DNA from: an uncultured Gammaproteobacteria bacterium
Lineage (GTDB): Bacteria; Pseudomonadota; Gammaproteobacteria; Ga0077536
Direction: 5' to 3'
NCBI GenBank assembly: GCA_938075585.1
Contig: CALJHG010000012.1
Location: forward strand, 12,673-76,672
DNA: 64,000 nucleotides
Below the pieces are notes generated by a model. The model was not told where the DNA came from. It saw only the letters and a program-made list of their open reading frames with translations, and made no database searches. The position numbers and the translations under genes are program-made. This document shows positions 1 through 11,864 of the stretch, one piece after another; the first letter of the stretch is position 1; every line of letters begins with the position of its first letter.

Positions 1-1298
1 ATGATAATCACACTATCTCCTTTTTCTGCCATATCAGTGACTTTTTGCACTATTGCCTCAGATTCTTCCGTAATAAATACTTGAGATAAAGTTTTTAAAG
101 CATCTGCTAAGTCCCATTTTAAACCACTCGGCTTCAAAATTAGGACTAGATCTGCGCTTTCAAGAGCTGCAGCTAATGTAGATTTATGCACTCCCATGAC
201 CATTGTATTTGACCTAAGTTCAAGTACCGCTATCAATTTCTTAGTATTTACATATTTTTTTATGGCAGTGAGCGACGACGCTATAGCCGACGGATGGTGT
301 GCAAAATCATCATAGACACGGATAGCACGAGGCGTTCCGATAAGCTGTAACCTTCTACTAGCATTAGCAAATAATGGAAGTTGATTGATTGTAGGTTGTA
401 AATCCCGTGTGACTAACGCGAGAGCCCCTACGGCCGCAGCGACGTTCCAGGCATTGTGTAATCCAAGTAGAGGTGTAGGAATTTTGAAAACGGTGCCGTC
501 TCTGGTGGTTAGTGTTATTTCCCCCCCCGACAACTCTTCGAAATTGACTACCCAAGTATCAGATTGTTTCGAACCAAATGTTTCCGTTTTTGACCAGCAC
601 CCTAATTTTATTAGCTGTTCTATCTCGGTGTATTCTGATGGAAATACGATCACCGAGTCGGCTGACATTGTTCTTATAAGATGATGAAATTGTCTGACTA
701 TATCTTGGAGGGAATCAAATATATCCGCATGGTCATACTCTAAATTGTTGATAATGAGGATATTCGGCTGGTAGTGTATAAATTTTGATCTTTTATCGAA
801 AAAAGCAGTATCGTATTCATCTGCTTCTATTATGAAGTAGTCTGATTGCCCTAATCGGGCACAAACGTCGAAGTTTTCGGGGACACCTCCGATAAGGAAA
901 CCTGGCTTTAATCCAGCAGTTTCGAACAGCCACGCAACAAGGCTCGATACGGTTGTCTTACCATGAGTCCCCGCGACAGCTATTACAAAACGGTCCTGCA
1001 GAATATTATTTTTTAGCCACTCGGGTCCAGAAATATAGGGTATCCGATTACTGAGCACATATTCGACTGCCAAGTTGCCTCTCGAAAGAGCGTTCCCAAT
1101 CACTACTAGGTCAGGACGGTCATCAAAGACGCTAACGTCGTACCCTTCGGCTACTTTGATACCCAGTTCATCAAGGATATCGCTCATGGGAGGATAAATC
1201 TTGTTGTCACTGCCAGTTACTTTGTGCCCTTTTGCTTTTGCTAGAGTGGCTATCCCTGCCATAAAGGTCCCACCGACACCTAGAATATGAATGTGCAT
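1..1298 (-). CDS. mpl: UDP-N-acetylmuramate:L-alanyl-gamma-D-glutamyl-meso-diaminopimelate ligase (Mpl); C-terminus cut by the window edge
   Basis: Not in the ORF track because it runs off the window. My minus-strand translation from ATG 1298-1296 reads MHIHILGVGGTFMAGIATLAKAKGHKVTGSDNK. Further on it reads FVIAVAGTHGKTTVSSLVAWLFETAGLKPG (Mur-ligase P-loop). The frame stays open to position 1 (..MAEKGDSVII) and is colinear with E. coli Mpl. Confidence 0.85.
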   Translation of the reverse strand, partial: MHIHILGVGGTFMAGIATLAKAKGHKVTGSDNKIYPPMSDILDELGIKVAEGYDVSVFDDRPDLVVIGNALSRGNLAVEYVLSNRIPYISGPEWLKNNILQDRFVIAVAGTHGKTTVSSLVAWLFETAGLKPGFLIGGVPENFDVCARLGQSDYFIIEADEYDTAFFDKRSKFIHYQPNILIINNLEYDHADIFDSLQDIVRQFHHLIRTMSADSVIVFPSEYTEIEQLIKLGCWSKTETFGSKQSDTWVVNFEELSGGEITLTTRDGTVFKIPTPLLGLHNAWNVAAAVGALALVTRDLQPTINQLPLFANASRRLQLIGTPRAIRVYDDFAHHPSAIASSLTAIKKYVNTKKLIAVLELRSNTMVMGVHKSTLAAALESADLVLILKPSGLKWDLADALKTLSQVFITEESEAIVQKVTDMAEKGDSVII

Positions 1299-1309
1299 AA
1301 ATTATCTCA

Positions 1310-1819
1310 CTAGACCACTATTTTAGAATAAAAGAAGGTGAGTATTTGCCATAGGCAAAAAGCATATCCGATCGCTATTAAAAAGGCTCGACCAAAGCCG
1401 ATTTCCGTAGCGTGGGTTAAGACTTTTGCCGTGGCGCTAAGATTCCAAATCAGGATAGCAGGCCGAAAAATAATGAGAAGGCTAGGTGGTAATACTACAA
1501 TTAACAGGTAGGCGAAAATACCTATGATCGCTCCTAGACCCATCAATGCTGAGAGCGTTTTGTTTAAGCGCTCATACTTCTTTGAGTAAAGTAAAATAGT
1601 TGCTGTTAAAACGATCAAAGTCAGACATTCGAGGAGGGACAGTACAGCTGCGAGAGAAATTTTTTCATAATTTAGATTTATCAACAAACTGACGAAAAAA
1701 TTTGCCGAAAGTGACGCCAAGAATATATTTCTTGAGCCCTTTAGAGCTTCTGGGGAAGCCTTCAAGCAAGCTATCGCCCAAAAGATACCGATAGTTTTCA
1801 ATGAGAAAATTTTAACCAC
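1310..1819 (-). CDS. hypothetical multi-pass membrane protein
   Basis: 169-aa ORF with four or five long hydrophobic segments, sitting between mpl and ispG on the same strand. I recognise no family motif. Confidence 0.45.
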   Translation of the reverse strand: MVKIFSLKTIGIFWAIACLKASPEALKGSRNIFLASLSANFFVSLLINLNYEKISLAAVLSLLECLTLIVLTATILLYSKKYERLNKTLSALMGLGAIIGIFAYLLIVVLPPSLLIIFRPAILIWNLSATAKVLTHATEIGFGRAFLIAIGYAFCLWQILTFFYSKIVV

Positions 1820-1914
1820 ATGTTTCTGAAACAGTTTTCTAATAGATAAGTCATGCTTATTTGACGTATCTTATAATTCATTCTCACTATTTATTATAGC
1901 TATCGTAAAGATTT

Positions 1915-3153
1915 TTAAGCGATCGTTTCAGAACGAAAGTTTTTTTTAATATATTCTTCAAGGAGCTGTTTGAATTCGCCGGCTATATTCTCTCCTCTAA
2001 GCGTCACATGTTTTTCGCCATCCACGAAAACCGGTGCGGATAAACCTTCTCCAGTGCCAGGCAGACTTATCCCAATATTCGCGTGTTTACTCTCTCCGGG
2101 ACCATTGACCACGCATCCCATTACGGCAAGACTTAAGTCTTCGACACCTGGGAATTTATTTTTCCAAATTGGCATTTGTGTTCTGATATATGCTTGGATA
2201 TCTTGGGCTAATTCTTGAAAAACGGTGCTGGTGGTTCTTCCGCAACCAGGACACGCTGTGACAAGTGGACTAAATGACCGAAGGCCCATAGTTTGCAGCA
2301 ATTCCTGGGCTACGATTACTTCTTGGGTTCGATCGCCGCCTGGCTCCGGTGTGAGAGAAATCCTAATTGTGTCGCCAATTCCTTGTTGCATCAGAATAGC
2401 CATAGCAGCTGATGACGCAACTATGCCTTTTGAACCCATGCCGGCCTCCGTTAGCCCAAGGTGTAATGGGTATTCGCATTCATCCGCTAGACGTTGGTAA
2501 ACTACGACTAAATCCTGAACATCACTGCATTTGCAAGAGAGGATAATTTTTTCCCTTGCTAGTCCAATTTTTTCGGCCTGTCGAGCGCTATCAATTGCCG
2601 AAAAAATCAGGGCGTCATAAGCAACTTCCTTAGCACTTTTGGGTTGCGGGAGTAAATTATTTTCGTCCATCATTTTAGCTACTAAAGCGGGATCTAAACT
2701 CCCATAATTGACTCCGATCCGCACGGGCTTATTATTTTCTATAGCAGTCTCTATTATCGTAGAAAATTGAACGTCTTTCTTTCGACCACGACCTACGTTT
2801 CCTGGATTTATTCGATACTTAGAAAGGACTTGGGCACACTCGGGATACTTTGTAAGCAATGTATGCCCGTTATAATGGAAGTCGCCGACAAGTGGCACAT
2901 AACAACCTGTTGCGTCGAGGAGCTCTCGTATTTTTGCAACTTTGCTAGCTGCTTTTTCTGTATCAACGGTAATCCGGACTAGTTCAGAGCCAGCGGCAGC
3001 GAGGGCTTGAACTTGTTTTGCCGTGGCGACAGCATCTGACGTGTCGGTGTTAGTCATGGATTGCACTACAATTGGTGCGCCGCCGCCTACAGCTACTTCC
3101 CCCACTTTTGTTTGGGATGACAATCTTCGGTGATTAGAGCCTATAATAGCCAC
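1915..3153 (-). CDS. ispG: 4-hydroxy-3-methylbut-2-en-1-yl diphosphate synthase (MEP pathway)
   Basis: [22 protein letters not shown] and a C-terminal 4Fe-4S cysteine set (CPGCGRT .. GCVVNGPGE). Colinear with IspG/GcpE, long form (412 aa). Confidence 0.93.
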   Translation of the reverse strand: MAIIGSNHRRLSSQTKVGEVAVGGGAPIVVQSMTNTDTSDAVATAKQVQALAAAGSELVRITVDTEKAASKVAKIRELLDATGCYVPLVGDFHYNGHTLLTKYPECAQVLSKYRINPGNVGRGRKKDVQFSTIIETAIENNKPVRIGVNYGSLDPALVAKMMDENNLLPQPKSAKEVAYDALIFSAIDSARQAEKIGLAREKIILSCKCSDVQDLVVVYQRLADECEYPLHLGLTEAGMGSKGIVASSAAMAILMQQGIGDTIRISLTPEPGGDRTQEVIVAQELLQTMGLRSFSPLVTACPGCGRTTSTVFQELAQDIQAYIRTQMPIWKNKFPGVEDLSLAVMGCVVNGPGESKHANIGISLPGTGEGLSAPVFVDGEKHVTLRGENIAGEFKQLLEEYIKKNFRSETIA

Positions 3154-3352
3154 ATTAATTCTCTTTGTATTACCAGCAAAAAAATGATGTTTCCTCTATT
3201 ATACACCTTGGCCGAACTGAATTACTAAAATAGACTGTAGATTCTGGTTGAAGGACGTAATATTTGCTCACAATTGTAGTTTTGGGTAAAAAATTTACGT
3301 ATCCTTAGTCAATTGAAGTTCTCGTGGTTTTAATTGTTTTTGGAATGTGTGT

Positions 3353-3748
3353 ATGAAGAAGAGATTTAGGACAGAAGAAGAGTGGAGAGAAATCCTATCT
3401 CCCGAGGCTTACCAAGTATGTAGACTGCAGGGGACAGAACCTCCATTTTCTGGTGAATATGACGGGTGTAAGATTGCGGGTGTATACCGGTGTATATGTT
3501 GCGATGCAGTGCTATTTGATTCAGAACATAAGTTTGATTCGGGTTCAGGATGGCCTAGTTTTTTTCGTGCAATTAGTAGCGACACAGTTGAGTTGAGAAA
3601 AGATGAAAGTCACGGAATGATTCGAGTGGAAGTAGTGTGCGCTAATTGTGAAGCCCACCTCGGACATGTTTTTAACGATGGCCCGCGACCGACTGGCCAG
3701 CGTTACTGCATCAATTCTGTCGCATTGAGCCTTGACTTGGAAGCTTAG
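3353..3748 (+). CDS. msrB: peptide-methionine (R)-S-oxide reductase
   Basis: Two CxxC zinc pairs (CICC.., CANC) and the catalytic RYCINS motif. I prefer ATG 3353 over the track's GTG 3347. Confidence 0.9.
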   Translation: MKKRFRTEEEWREILSPEAYQVCRLQGTEPPFSGEYDGCKIAGVYRCICCDAVLFDSEHKFDSGSGWPSFFRAISSDTVELRKDESHGMIRVEVVCANCEAHLGHVFNDGPRPTGQRYCINSVALSLDLEA

Positions 3749-3772
3749 TTTTTTTACTCATGTTTTTAAATG

Positions 3773-4339
3773 CTAAGCCTTAGGGAGAGTTACCCCTATT
3801 TGACCTTGATATTTGCCACTTCTATCGGCGTACGAAGTTTCGCACGGGTCATCCGACTGCAAAAATATTAATTGGGCAACCCCCTCATTGGCGTAAATTT
3901 TTGCCGGCAGAGAGGTTGTATTGGAGAATTCTAATGTGATGTGGCCTTCCCACTCTGGTTCTAACGGAGTTACGTTCACAATTATTCCACATCGCGCATA
4001 AGTCGACTTACCGAGACAGATTGTCAGTATATCCCTGGGGATTCGAAAGTATTCTACGGTTCTGGCTAGTGCAAATGAGTTTGGAGGAATAACGCAGATG
4101 TCTCTGCTAACATCAATAAAATTTCCAGAGTCGAAATTTTTGGGATCTACCGTAGTTGAGTTTATGTTCGTGAAAACCTTGAATTCTGGAGCACATCGAA
4201 CATCGTACCCATAGCTAGACGTGCCGAAAGATATGATCTTCTCGTTGCGGACAGTCCGCACTTGGTTGGGCTCAAAAGGCTCTATCAGCTTTGCTGTTTG
4301 CGCCATTTTTCTTATCCACTTGTCCGACTTTATGGGCAA
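3773..4339 (-). CDS. dcd: dCTP deaminase
   Basis: 188 aa with an [20 protein letters not shown]-terminus and GHITLEFSN, typical of the 188-aa proteobacterial Dcd. Confidence 0.9.
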   Translation of the reverse strand: MPIKSDKWIRKMAQTAKLIEPFEPNQVRTVRNEKIISFGTSSYGYDVRCAPEFKVFTNINSTTVDPKNFDSGNFIDVSRDICVIPPNSFALARTVEYFRIPRDILTICLGKSTYARCGIIVNVTPLEPEWEGHITLEFSNTTSLPAKIYANEGVAQLIFLQSDDPCETSYADRSGKYQGQIGVTLPKA

Positions 4340-4360
4340 CTTTTTCTCCTGATAACTAGC

Positions 4361-5452
4361 TTAAGAATTTTCAATCACAATTTTAGGAAATTTTGCTGAA
4401 AAATCGCGAGCTCGTAGCGATAGTCGTGCACTCACTTTTCTTGCAATCTCTCTATAGCTGTCAGCAATTTTTGAATCTGGATCTATTGCAACCGTTGGTC
4501 GACCGTTGTCTGCCCCTTCGCGGATTGACATGTCTAGCGGCAAGGACCCTAGCATATCTACTTCATATTGCTTCGCCATAGAATCTCCTCCGCCTTCACC
4601 AAAGATATGTTCTTCATGCCCACAAGCGCTACAAATATGAACACTCATATTTTCTACTATCCCGAGGACAGGAACATTAACTTTTTCAAACATCTTGAGC
4701 CCCTTTCGCGCGTCTAGTAAAGCTATGTCCTGAGGAGTGGTAACTATGACGGCGCCACTTACAGGAATTTTTTGACATAAGGTAAGCTGTATATCACCCG
4801 TGCCTGGAGGAAGATCGACTATGAGGTAGTCGAGGCTAGCCCAGTTAGTATCATTTATCAGCTGCTCAAGTGCACCTGTTGCCATTGGACCACGCCATAT
4901 CATTGGGGTATCTTCCTCCACCAGGTTCCCGATCGACATAGTTTGCAGTTGATAACTTAATTTGGGTTCCATGGATTTCCCATCCTTACTTTCGGGACGT
5001 CCTTGGGTAGCAAGCATTCGTGTTTGGCTCGGCCCGTAAATATCAGCATCAAGGACACCGACGTTGGATCCCTCTTGCTGTAAAGCGAGCGCCAAGTTCG
5101 CAGTCGTAGTGGACTTTCCAACACCGCCTTTGCCAGATGCGACGGCGATAATATTTTTAACTTCCTTCAACGGCTTAGTACCCTTCTGAACCTCTCTAGA
5201 GAGAATTTTAGAGGATACTTCTATAGTGATTGAACCAATACTTAATTCTTTCAGTAGCAGCTCTATGCGATTTTTCAGGCTAATCGCGTATCTTTTGATA
5301 GGGAATCCAACCTCGATTTTTACGACTACACTATCATTATCAATGTCTATCGTAGAAAGCGCTCCCGCACTAATTAGATCAGTTCCGAGATACGGGTCAG
5401 TGTCTTGTCTCAATTTTTCTTCTATTTTTGTTTTAAGATTTTCCATGTGCAT
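4361..5452 (-). CDS. apbC: Fe-S cluster carrier ATPase ApbC/Mrp
   Basis: P-loop AVASGKGGVGKSTT and a CxxC (CSACGHEE) in the Mrp/NBP35 arrangement. It lies beside and divergent from metG, as in many proteobacteria. Confidence 0.9.
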   Translation of the reverse strand: MHMENLKTKIEEKLRQDTDPYLGTDLISAGALSTIDIDNDSVVVKIEVGFPIKRYAISLKNRIELLLKELSIGSITIEVSSKILSREVQKGTKPLKEVKNIIAVASGKGGVGKSTTTANLALALQQEGSNVGVLDADIYGPSQTRMLATQGRPESKDGKSMEPKLSYQLQTMSIGNLVEEDTPMIWRGPMATGALEQLINDTNWASLDYLIVDLPPGTGDIQLTLCQKIPVSGAVIVTTPQDIALLDARKGLKMFEKVNVPVLGIVENMSVHICSACGHEEHIFGEGGGDSMAKQYEVDMLGSLPLDMSIREGADNGRPTVAIDPDSKIADSYREIARKVSARLSLRARDFSAKFPKIVIENS

Positions 5453-5563
5453 ATTCTATGGGAAAGAGGATACATTTTACACTAATAGCGGTAATGGTTC
5501 GCGCCTACTATAATTGCGGGATGACATAGTGGTACATCAAGTTTTAAGGTGCGATTTTTTATC

Positions 5564-7576
5564 ATGAACAGCGAGCAGAGAAATATTTTAGTCACGAGCG
5601 CGTTACCCTACGCTAACGGACCTATTCATATAGGCCACTTAGTTGAGTATATTCAATGCGACATTTGGGTTCGCTTTCAGAAAATGTGTGGTAATCAGTG
5701 TATTTTTGTTTGTGCGGACGATGCGCATGGCACCCCGATCATGCTTAAAGCAGAGCAGGAAGGCTTACGCCCAGAAGATCTTGTCAGCGTGGTGAGTGAA
5801 GAACACCAGCGCGATTTCTTGAAATTTGGAGTTTGCTTTGATAACTACCATTCGACCCACTCGGAGGAAAATCGACAGATATCATGCGAAATATATACCA
5901 AATTAGTCGCAGGAGGCTATGTGTCGCGTAAGACAATAGAACAGGCATACGACTCCAGTAAGAAGATGTTTTTACCCGATCGTTTTGTGAAAGGTTCCTG
6001 TCCTAAATGTGGCGAGCCCGACCAATATGGCGATAGTTGTGAGAATTGCGGTGCCACGTATTCTCCCACTGATTTGATCGACCCTATTTCGGCGCTGTCG
6101 GGGGAACCTCCGGAAGTTAGAACTTCAGAACACATCTTTTTCGAACTAGGACAGTTTGAGAACGTGTTGAAAGAGTGGCTAAAACAAACTGATTTGCATC
6201 CTGGAGTTGTTAAAAAGCTGGATGATTGGTTTGAGAGTGGGTTACAGAATTGGGATATCTCACGCGATGAGCCATACTTCGGATTCGAAATTCCTGGAGA
6301 AAAAGGTAAATATTTTTATGTATGGCTTGATGCGCCAGTAGGCTATCTAGCGAGTTTTAAAAACTTTTGTGACCGCTCTGATGTAGATTTTAATACTTTT
6401 CTTAACAAGGAGTCTGATGCGGAGTTTTATCATTTCATTGGTAAAGACATAATGTATTTCCATACTTTGTTTTGGCCTGCGATGCTTGAAGGAGCAGGAT
6501 ATCGTTTGCCTACAAATGTTTTTGTCCATGGTTTTCTCACAGTTAATGGACAAAAAATGTCTAAATCGAGGGGTAGTTTTGTAAAAGCAAGCACTTACCT
6601 GTCACATTTAGAGCCTGCATATTTACGCTATTATTTTGCGGCGAAATTAGGTCCGGCGATTGAAGATATTGATCTAAGCTGGGAGGATTTTGAAGCGCGA
6701 GTCAACAGTGATTTAGTTGGTAAATTTGTTAATATTGGTAGCCGCTGTTCCAGCTTTATAGAGAAACGTTTTGACGGTATTTTATCTAATAAGGTGGATA
6801 GCCCTGAATTGTTGGAGACCTTTAAACTGGCTTCGGAAAATATAAGAGATCTTTATGAGTCGCGTGAGTTTGCAAAAGCGATGCGAGAAATCATGCTTCT
6901 GGCAGATTTAGCCAACCGTTATATTAATGATGAGAAACCATGGGTGATTGCAAAGGATCCGAATGGAGACGAACGGTTACATCAAGTAGCTACGATGGGC
7001 CTCGTGCTTTTTCGTATCATCGCAATTTATTTGAAACCTGTTATACCTAGTATAGTAAGTGAGATTGAAAAATTTTTTAATGAAGCTCCGTTTTGTTGGA
7101 ATTCGACAATATTGTCGCTTGCTAATCGACGTGTAAATCGATTTGTTCCTCTAATACGCAGAGTTGAATCTGGAAACATAAAAGCTATGGTAGAAGAAGT
7201 AAAAAACGAAGATGATCAACCAACGCTCAGCGGAAGTAATTCCGTGGAGGGTATTGTGTCTATTGAAGATTTTTCAAAAGTAGAACTCCGTGTCGGATTG
7301 GTTGAAGAAGCCAGTCATGTGGATGGGGCGGATAAGTTGTTAAAACTTCATGTTGACCTAGGCGACGAAAAACGCCAAATTTTTGCCGGTATTAAACAGG
7401 CCTATTCTCCGGAGTCGCTAGTCGGAAAGTTAGTTGTAGTCGTCGCAAACCTAGCACCGAGGAAAATGCGTTTTGGTGTTTCCGAAGGTATGGTACTAGC
7501 GGCTGGATCAGGCGGGAACGACGTGTTTTTGGTTGAGCCCAGTGAGGGTGCTGAACCTGGTATGTTGATAAAATAG
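5564..7576 (+). CDS. metG: methionine--tRNA ligase
   Basis: HIGH motif (PYANGPIHIGH), KMSKS (GQKMSKSRG), a zinc knuckle (CPKCG..CENCG) and a C-terminal tRNA-binding domain. Start placed at ATG 5564 (MNSEQRNILVTSALPY). Confidence 0.95.
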   Translation: MNSEQRNILVTSALPYANGPIHIGHLVEYIQCDIWVRFQKMCGNQCIFVCADDAHGTPIMLKAEQEGLRPEDLVSVVSEEHQRDFLKFGVCFDNYHSTHSEENRQISCEIYTKLVAGGYVSRKTIEQAYDSSKKMFLPDRFVKGSCPKCGEPDQYGDSCENCGATYSPTDLIDPISALSGEPPEVRTSEHIFFELGQFENVLKEWLKQTDLHPGVVKKLDDWFESGLQNWDISRDEPYFGFEIPGEKGKYFYVWLDAPVGYLASFKNFCDRSDVDFNTFLNKESDAEFYHFIGKDIMYFHTLFWPAMLEGAGYRLPTNVFVHGFLTVNGQKMSKSRGSFVKASTYLSHLEPAYLRYYFAAKLGPAIEDIDLSWEDFEARVNSDLVGKFVNIGSRCSSFIEKRFDGILSNKVDSPELLETFKLASENIRDLYESREFAKAMREIMLLADLANRYINDEKPWVIAKDPNGDERLHQVATMGLVLFRIIAIYLKPVIPSIVSEIEKFFNEAPFCWNSTILSLANRRVNRFVPLIRRVESGNIKAMVEEVKNEDDQPTLSGSNSVEGIVSIEDFSKVELRVGLVEEASHVDGADKLLKLHVDLGDEKRQIFAGIKQAYSPESLVGKLVVVVANLAPRKMRFGVSEGMVLAAGSGGNDVFLVEPSEGAEPGMLIK

Positions 7577-7606
7577 TCAAAAAAATTTTGTTTGGTGGGT
7601 GAATCA

Positions 7607-8215
7607 GTGGCAATTATCGAGGAAATTAATGATCTGCTCCCCCAGACTCAATGCAAGCTGTGTGGATATCAGAATTGTATGGGCTACGCTCAAGGAATTG
7701 TCGATGATGATGCCGCACTCGACCTTTGTCCGCCAGGAGGTGAGCCTACTCGGGTTAGCTTAGCTGCGAAAATGGGTATAACTCTCTCTAGTGAACGAGT
7801 GTTATTGCCTGTACCAAAAAGGTTCTTTGCGTTGATTGATGAGGGGAGCTGTATAGGTTGTACTAAGTGTTTAGCTGAGTGCCCGACAGACGCAATAATC
7901 GGTGCTAAGGCTCGAGTACATACAACTGTTGAAAAATGGTGCACTGGTTGTGGGCTGTGCGTTCCTGTTTGCCCGGTCGATTGTATAGAAATAAAAGATA
8001 AAAGCGATGTCGCTAAAAATTCCTTATCCTCAAAAACAGCGCGGCAACGTTACGAACGACATCTTCAAAGGTTAGAAAAAAAGTATGAAAATACTTTTGA
8101 GCAAACTTACGTCACCTTTGATCGCAGTTCGAAGGAAGAAATGCGATCAATTATTAAAGCTGCCGTTGCGAGAAAAAACACCAAAGAAGAGTCAGTGTAT
8201 GAGCCTGGCACGTGA
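7607..8215 (+). CDS. RnfB/RsxB-like 4Fe-4S ferredoxin-type protein
   Basis: N-terminal LPQTQCKLCGYQNC..LCPPGG motif followed by two CxxCxxCxxxCP ferredoxin motifs. The start is probably GTG 7607 (VAIIEEINDLLPQTQC). No other rnf genes are adjacent. Confidence 0.75.
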   Translation: MAIIEEINDLLPQTQCKLCGYQNCMGYAQGIVDDDAALDLCPPGGEPTRVSLAAKMGITLSSERVLLPVPKRFFALIDEGSCIGCTKCLAECPTDAIIGAKARVHTTVEKWCTGCGLCVPVCPVDCIEIKDKSDVAKNSLSSKTARQRYERHLQRLEKKYENTFEQTYVTFDRSSKEEMRSIIKAAVARKNTKEESVYEPGT

Positions 8216-8298
8216 TCTCTAGCGCTGGAGTTTGTGGAATTCCTTCGAATCTATAGGCAATAAAAAAATCTCGAGAAACACAGTCCTCGAGGGAGATA

Positions 8299-8760
8299 AT
8301 GACCATGTTTGCAGAGACGAGAGATGAAACGAGAAATTTTTTCCACACTGTTTGGCGTAAAATGTCTACGCCTGAAGTCCTTACTCCCTTGGAGACCATA
8401 GTTGCTGATGTCATCAAAAAGCACCCTGAGTATCATGGAATTTTAGATCCCATAGTGAATGATCCATTAGATTCAAAGCAGTCGAATGACTTCACAAATA
8501 TGGACAATCCTTTTTTGCACATGGGGCTACATATTGCACTTGTTGAGCAATTGCAGTCTGATAGGCCTAAGGGAGTTCGCAGGGTTTATTCACAAATAAT
8601 TGAGAACTTGGTCGCCGCGGATGCAAGTAGTCTCCATGAGGCCGAGCATGCAATAATGCAATGCTTGTCGGACAGTCTTTGGTTGGCCAGTAGGAACGGT
8701 CAGGCACCCGATGAAAACGTTTATTTAGAAAATTTACAAAAACTCATCCCAAAAAGATAA
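8299..8760 (+). CDS. DUF1841-like conserved hypothetical protein
   Basis: 153 aa. The N-terminus (MFAETRDETRNFFHTVWRK) and NPFLHMGLH resemble the DUF1841 family as I remember it. Confidence 0.55.
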   Translation: MTMFAETRDETRNFFHTVWRKMSTPEVLTPLETIVADVIKKHPEYHGILDPIVNDPLDSKQSNDFTNMDNPFLHMGLHIALVEQLQSDRPKGVRRVYSQIIENLVAADASSLHEAEHAIMQCLSDSLWLASRNGQAPDENVYLENLQKLIPKR

Positions 8761-8761
8761 G

Positions 8762-9088
8762 TTAACGCTCTAGCAGGTCTAATTTCCCTTTTTTACCTGC
8801 CCACTCTTCTGCGTCAGGTAGGGGCTCATCTGCCATCTCCGTAATGACAGGCCATTCTTTAGCAAGTTCAGCATTTAGCTCTAGAAATACATTTTCGTCA
8901 TCTGTTAAGTCATCTTCAGACTTAATCGCTTCCACAGGACATTCAGGTTCACACAAGGTACAGTCTATGCATTCATCAGGATCGATGACCAAGAAATTGG
9001 GTCCTTCATGGAAGCAATCCACAGGACACACTTCTACACAGTCGGTGTGTTTGCATTTAATACAGTCTTCTACAACTACGAAAGTCAT
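8762..9088 (-). CDS. fdxA: 7Fe ferredoxin (FdxA type)
   Basis: [25 protein letters not shown] ... [16 protein letters not shown]. It lies next to mutS, as in Pseudomonas and Azotobacter. Confidence 0.93.
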   Translation of the reverse strand: MTFVVVEDCIKCKHTDCVEVCPVDCFHEGPNFLVIDPDECIDCTLCEPECPVEAIKSEDDLTDDENVFLELNAELAKEWPVITEMADEPLPDAEEWAGKKGKLDLLER

Positions 9089-9158
9089 GGGTTATGGCCT
9101 ATCTTGTTAACACTTGTGATATATATTATACATTTGAAAAAGCGTGTTTCCCAATATT

Positions 9159-11699
9159 TTATTTCCGTTCATTAATCTTTTTAAGCATGTAAAGCTTTTC
9201 GAGGGCTTCACGGGGCGTCAAAGAATCTGGATCGATCTCAGAAATTAGTTTATCCGACTCATTTTCACATTCTCGATCAGATGTGTCGTTAGAAAGGGAG
9301 GCGTTTTCTAAAGAGTTTAGTATAGCCGTAGCTCTCTCCAACGATTGATCAGGAATCCCTGCTTGCTTGGCTACCGATAAGCCGTAGCTTTTATTTGCTG
9401 ATCCATCGGTTACCTGATGCAAGAATGTAATGTCATGATCTTGTACGATTGCTTCTAGTTTGACATTAGATATTTCAGGCACAGATTTCGCAAGTGAGGT
9501 TAGTTCGAAGAAGTGAGTAGAAAATAAAGTATAGGCCTTGATTCGAGATGCCAAGTATTCTGCGGAAGCACTTGCGATGGCTAATCCGTCATATGTACTG
9601 GTGCCGCGTCCAATTTCATCAATTAGTACCAGGCTATTTTTGGTTGCGTTATTCATGATATAGGCTAATTCTTTCATTTCTACCATAAACGTACTCTGTC
9701 CCGCGGCAAGATTATCGCTTGCACCGATCCGAGTATAAATTGCGTCGATTTCACCTATCAGCGCAGCTTTTGCAGGAACGAAAGAACCTATGTGTGCAAT
9801 CAGCACTATCAGGGCGTTTTGTCGCATATAGGTTGATTTTCCGCCCATATTAGGACCGGTTATGATCAGTAGTTTTCTTTCCTTGCGCAGGTATAAATCA
9901 TTCTTTACAAATTGTCGCTTTTGGTGCATCTCAACAGTGGGATGTCTTCCTTGCTCGATAGAAATTTTTTCAATCGAAGAAAGCTCGGGCCTGCACCATT
10001 GGAGAGTTTCGGCGCGTTCCGCGAACGTACTCAATACATCCAGAGTAGAAATGGAATTTGCCGTGGCAACCATTTTTTTGGTTTCGGAGGCTAATGACAT
10101 CACTAATTCATTAAAAACTTGTTTCTCCCTCAGCAATGCCTTTTCTTTAGCATTTAGTATCTCCGTTTCAAACGCCTGCAGCTCCTCTGTAATATAACGT
10201 TCTGTCGCTTTTAGAGTTTGTCGTCGCTGAAAAGAGCTTGGCACTAAATCGCTGTGTAATCGACTCGTTTCGATGTAATATCCGTGTACTCTGTTAAATC
10301 CTACTTTTAGGCTAGGGATCCCTGTTGCCTTTTTTTCGCGCGTTTCAATCGAGAGTAGTCTCTCATTAGCGTCAGAGAGAGTTAATCGAAGTTTGTCTAG
10401 AGCTTCGTCAAAGCCATTTGCTATAACGGACTGTTCTTTAATGGTTAAAGGCGGATTTTCGACTAGGGCTTCAGATAATAATTTAATTACATGGGGGAAC
10501 TCAGACGTATTAAAAATAATTTCATCTAATAAATTCGCGCATCCAAGTTTAAGGTGCTCTTTGACTGATGGTAATTTAGTGAGCGTTTTTCGAAGTGAGT
10601 TGAGCTCAGCTGGTTTGATAATGTTTATAGCGATTCTAGCAGCGGCTCGCTCTAAGTCTTTGATATCTTTTAAGTCATTTCTGAGTCCGCCAATATTGAT
10701 TCTACCTATGAGAGCGCTGACAGCCTCGTGTCTTTCGGTTAATTGTCGACCTTGTTTTAATGGTTTGGTGAGCCATCTTTTTAGGAGTCGGTTACCCATA
10801 GGGGTTTTTGTGGTATTAATTAGTGAAAAAATTGATGTTGAATTATTTTTCAAATATGGGTTTGAAATTTCGAGATTCTCTCGACTTTTTTGGTCGATTC
10901 GAATCGAGCTCTCTACGCTATCGATTTTTATCGTTGTAACATGAGCCGGTCGAGCGCCCTGCATTTTGGTGCAATAGATCAGGATTAAGCTAGAGGCAAT
11001 ATTGATGGCATGTGCAGCTACTAAACCAAGGTTTTGAAATGCATCGTGGTCTAAACTAAACTGATCGCATAGTATTTTTTTATGAATCTTTGGCTCTTTT
11101 ACGTAATCTTCTACAATTGTAATTAAATGAGACCATTTTTCGGGCAGCTCTATAATTGTACCGGCAGGTATTAATATTTCTGCGGGAGAAAGACGCTCAA
11201 TTTCGTCGATAACAAGATCGATAGAAGAAAGAAACATTGCCTCAAGCTGATTTCCGCAGGCGTCTAAAAACGCAATGGCATAGCCCGTTGAACTGTAACC
11301 AATGGCTAGGATCAGAGTCTCGCTGGTTTCATCCATTAGTGCCGCGTCTAGGACAGTTCCCGGGGTTATGATGCGCGTCACTTTTCTCTCTAAGGGTTCT
11401 TTGGATTCTCCTGGGAGACTGATTTGTTCGCATATGGCAACGCTCTCTCCCATAGCAATAAGCCTAGCAAGGTAAGTATCCGCGGCATGTGCAGGTACTC
11501 CAGCCATCGGGATAGGCGCTCCGCCAGCTTTACCTCTTGCGGTTAGAGTGATGTTCAGTAGCTCGGCTGCCCGCTTTGCATCTTCAAAAAATAACTCGTA
11601 AAAGTCGCCCATTCTATAAAATAAGAGCATATCCAAGTGTTCTTGCTTGATCTTTAGGTATTGCCTGATCATGGGCGTGTGCTGGTTTAGGTCATTCAT
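9159..11699 (-). CDS. mutS: DNA mismatch repair protein MutS
   Basis: 846 aa. N-terminus is [31 protein letters not shown], Walker A is [13 protein letters not shown], and it also has TFMVEM and [12 protein letters not shown]. Confidence 0.96.
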   Translation of the reverse strand: MNDLNQHTPMIRQYLKIKQEHLDMLLFYRMGDFYELFFEDAKRAAELLNITLTARGKAGGAPIPMAGVPAHAADTYLARLIAMGESVAICEQISLPGESKEPLERKVTRIITPGTVLDAALMDETSETLILAIGYSSTGYAIAFLDACGNQLEAMFLSSIDLVIDEIERLSPAEILIPAGTIIELPEKWSHLITIVEDYVKEPKIHKKILCDQFSLDHDAFQNLGLVAAHAINIASSLILIYCTKMQGARPAHVTTIKIDSVESSIRIDQKSRENLEISNPYLKNNSTSIFSLINTTKTPMGNRLLKRWLTKPLKQGRQLTERHEAVSALIGRINIGGLRNDLKDIKDLERAAARIAINIIKPAELNSLRKTLTKLPSVKEHLKLGCANLLDEIIFNTSEFPHVIKLLSEALVENPPLTIKEQSVIANGFDEALDKLRLTLSDANERLLSIETREKKATGIPSLKVGFNRVHGYYIETSRLHSDLVPSSFQRRQTLKATERYITEELQAFETEILNAKEKALLREKQVFNELVMSLASETKKMVATANSISTLDVLSTFAERAETLQWCRPELSSIEKISIEQGRHPTVEMHQKRQFVKNDLYLRKERKLLIITGPNMGGKSTYMRQNALIVLIAHIGSFVPAKAALIGEIDAIYTRIGASDNLAAGQSTFMVEMKELAYIMNNATKNSLVLIDEIGRGTSTYDGLAIASASAEYLASRIKAYTLFSTHFFELTSLAKSVPEISNVKLEAIVQDHDITFLHQVTDGSANKSYGLSVAKQAGIPDQSLERATAILNSLENASLSNDTSDRECENESDKLISEIDPDSLTPREALEKLYMLKKINERK

Positions 11700-11864
11700 C
11701 CTAAGGAGAATTGTGACATCTTATGTGCCAATACTCCACGCTTTAGTCAGTCGTATTTTGCCTGAGGTATGTTCGAACGCTTCCTCAAAAAACTAAAGCG
11801 CAAATTGGCTCGGAGGTTTTTTCGTGAACCGTAAAATTGTACAATAGAGAAAGTATATTAAATT

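Noticed and set aside
8270-8291. Hairpin made of two CTCGAG sites (8270-8275 and 8286-8291). It is preceded by an A-run, so it would look like a minus-strand rho-independent terminator.
   Set aside because: No minus-strand gene reads into it, since both flanking genes are on the plus strand, and on the plus strand it has no U-tract. It is probably fortuitous or part of the DUF1841 gene leader.
10393-10944. 183-aa plus-strand ORF inside mutS, and many similar antisense or shadow ORFs. Examples: 1970-2500 in ispG, 11886-12224 and 13209-13565 in htpG, 21206-21613 in dxs, 30174-31889 in hpnN, 34528-34950 over the helicase start, 41339-41557 in obg, 44031-44345 in murJ.
   Set aside because: Each lies entirely within, and antisense or out of frame to, a strongly supported conserved gene. 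They have low-complexity or Ser/Leu/Arg-rich composition typical of shadow frames, and I recognise no motifs in them.
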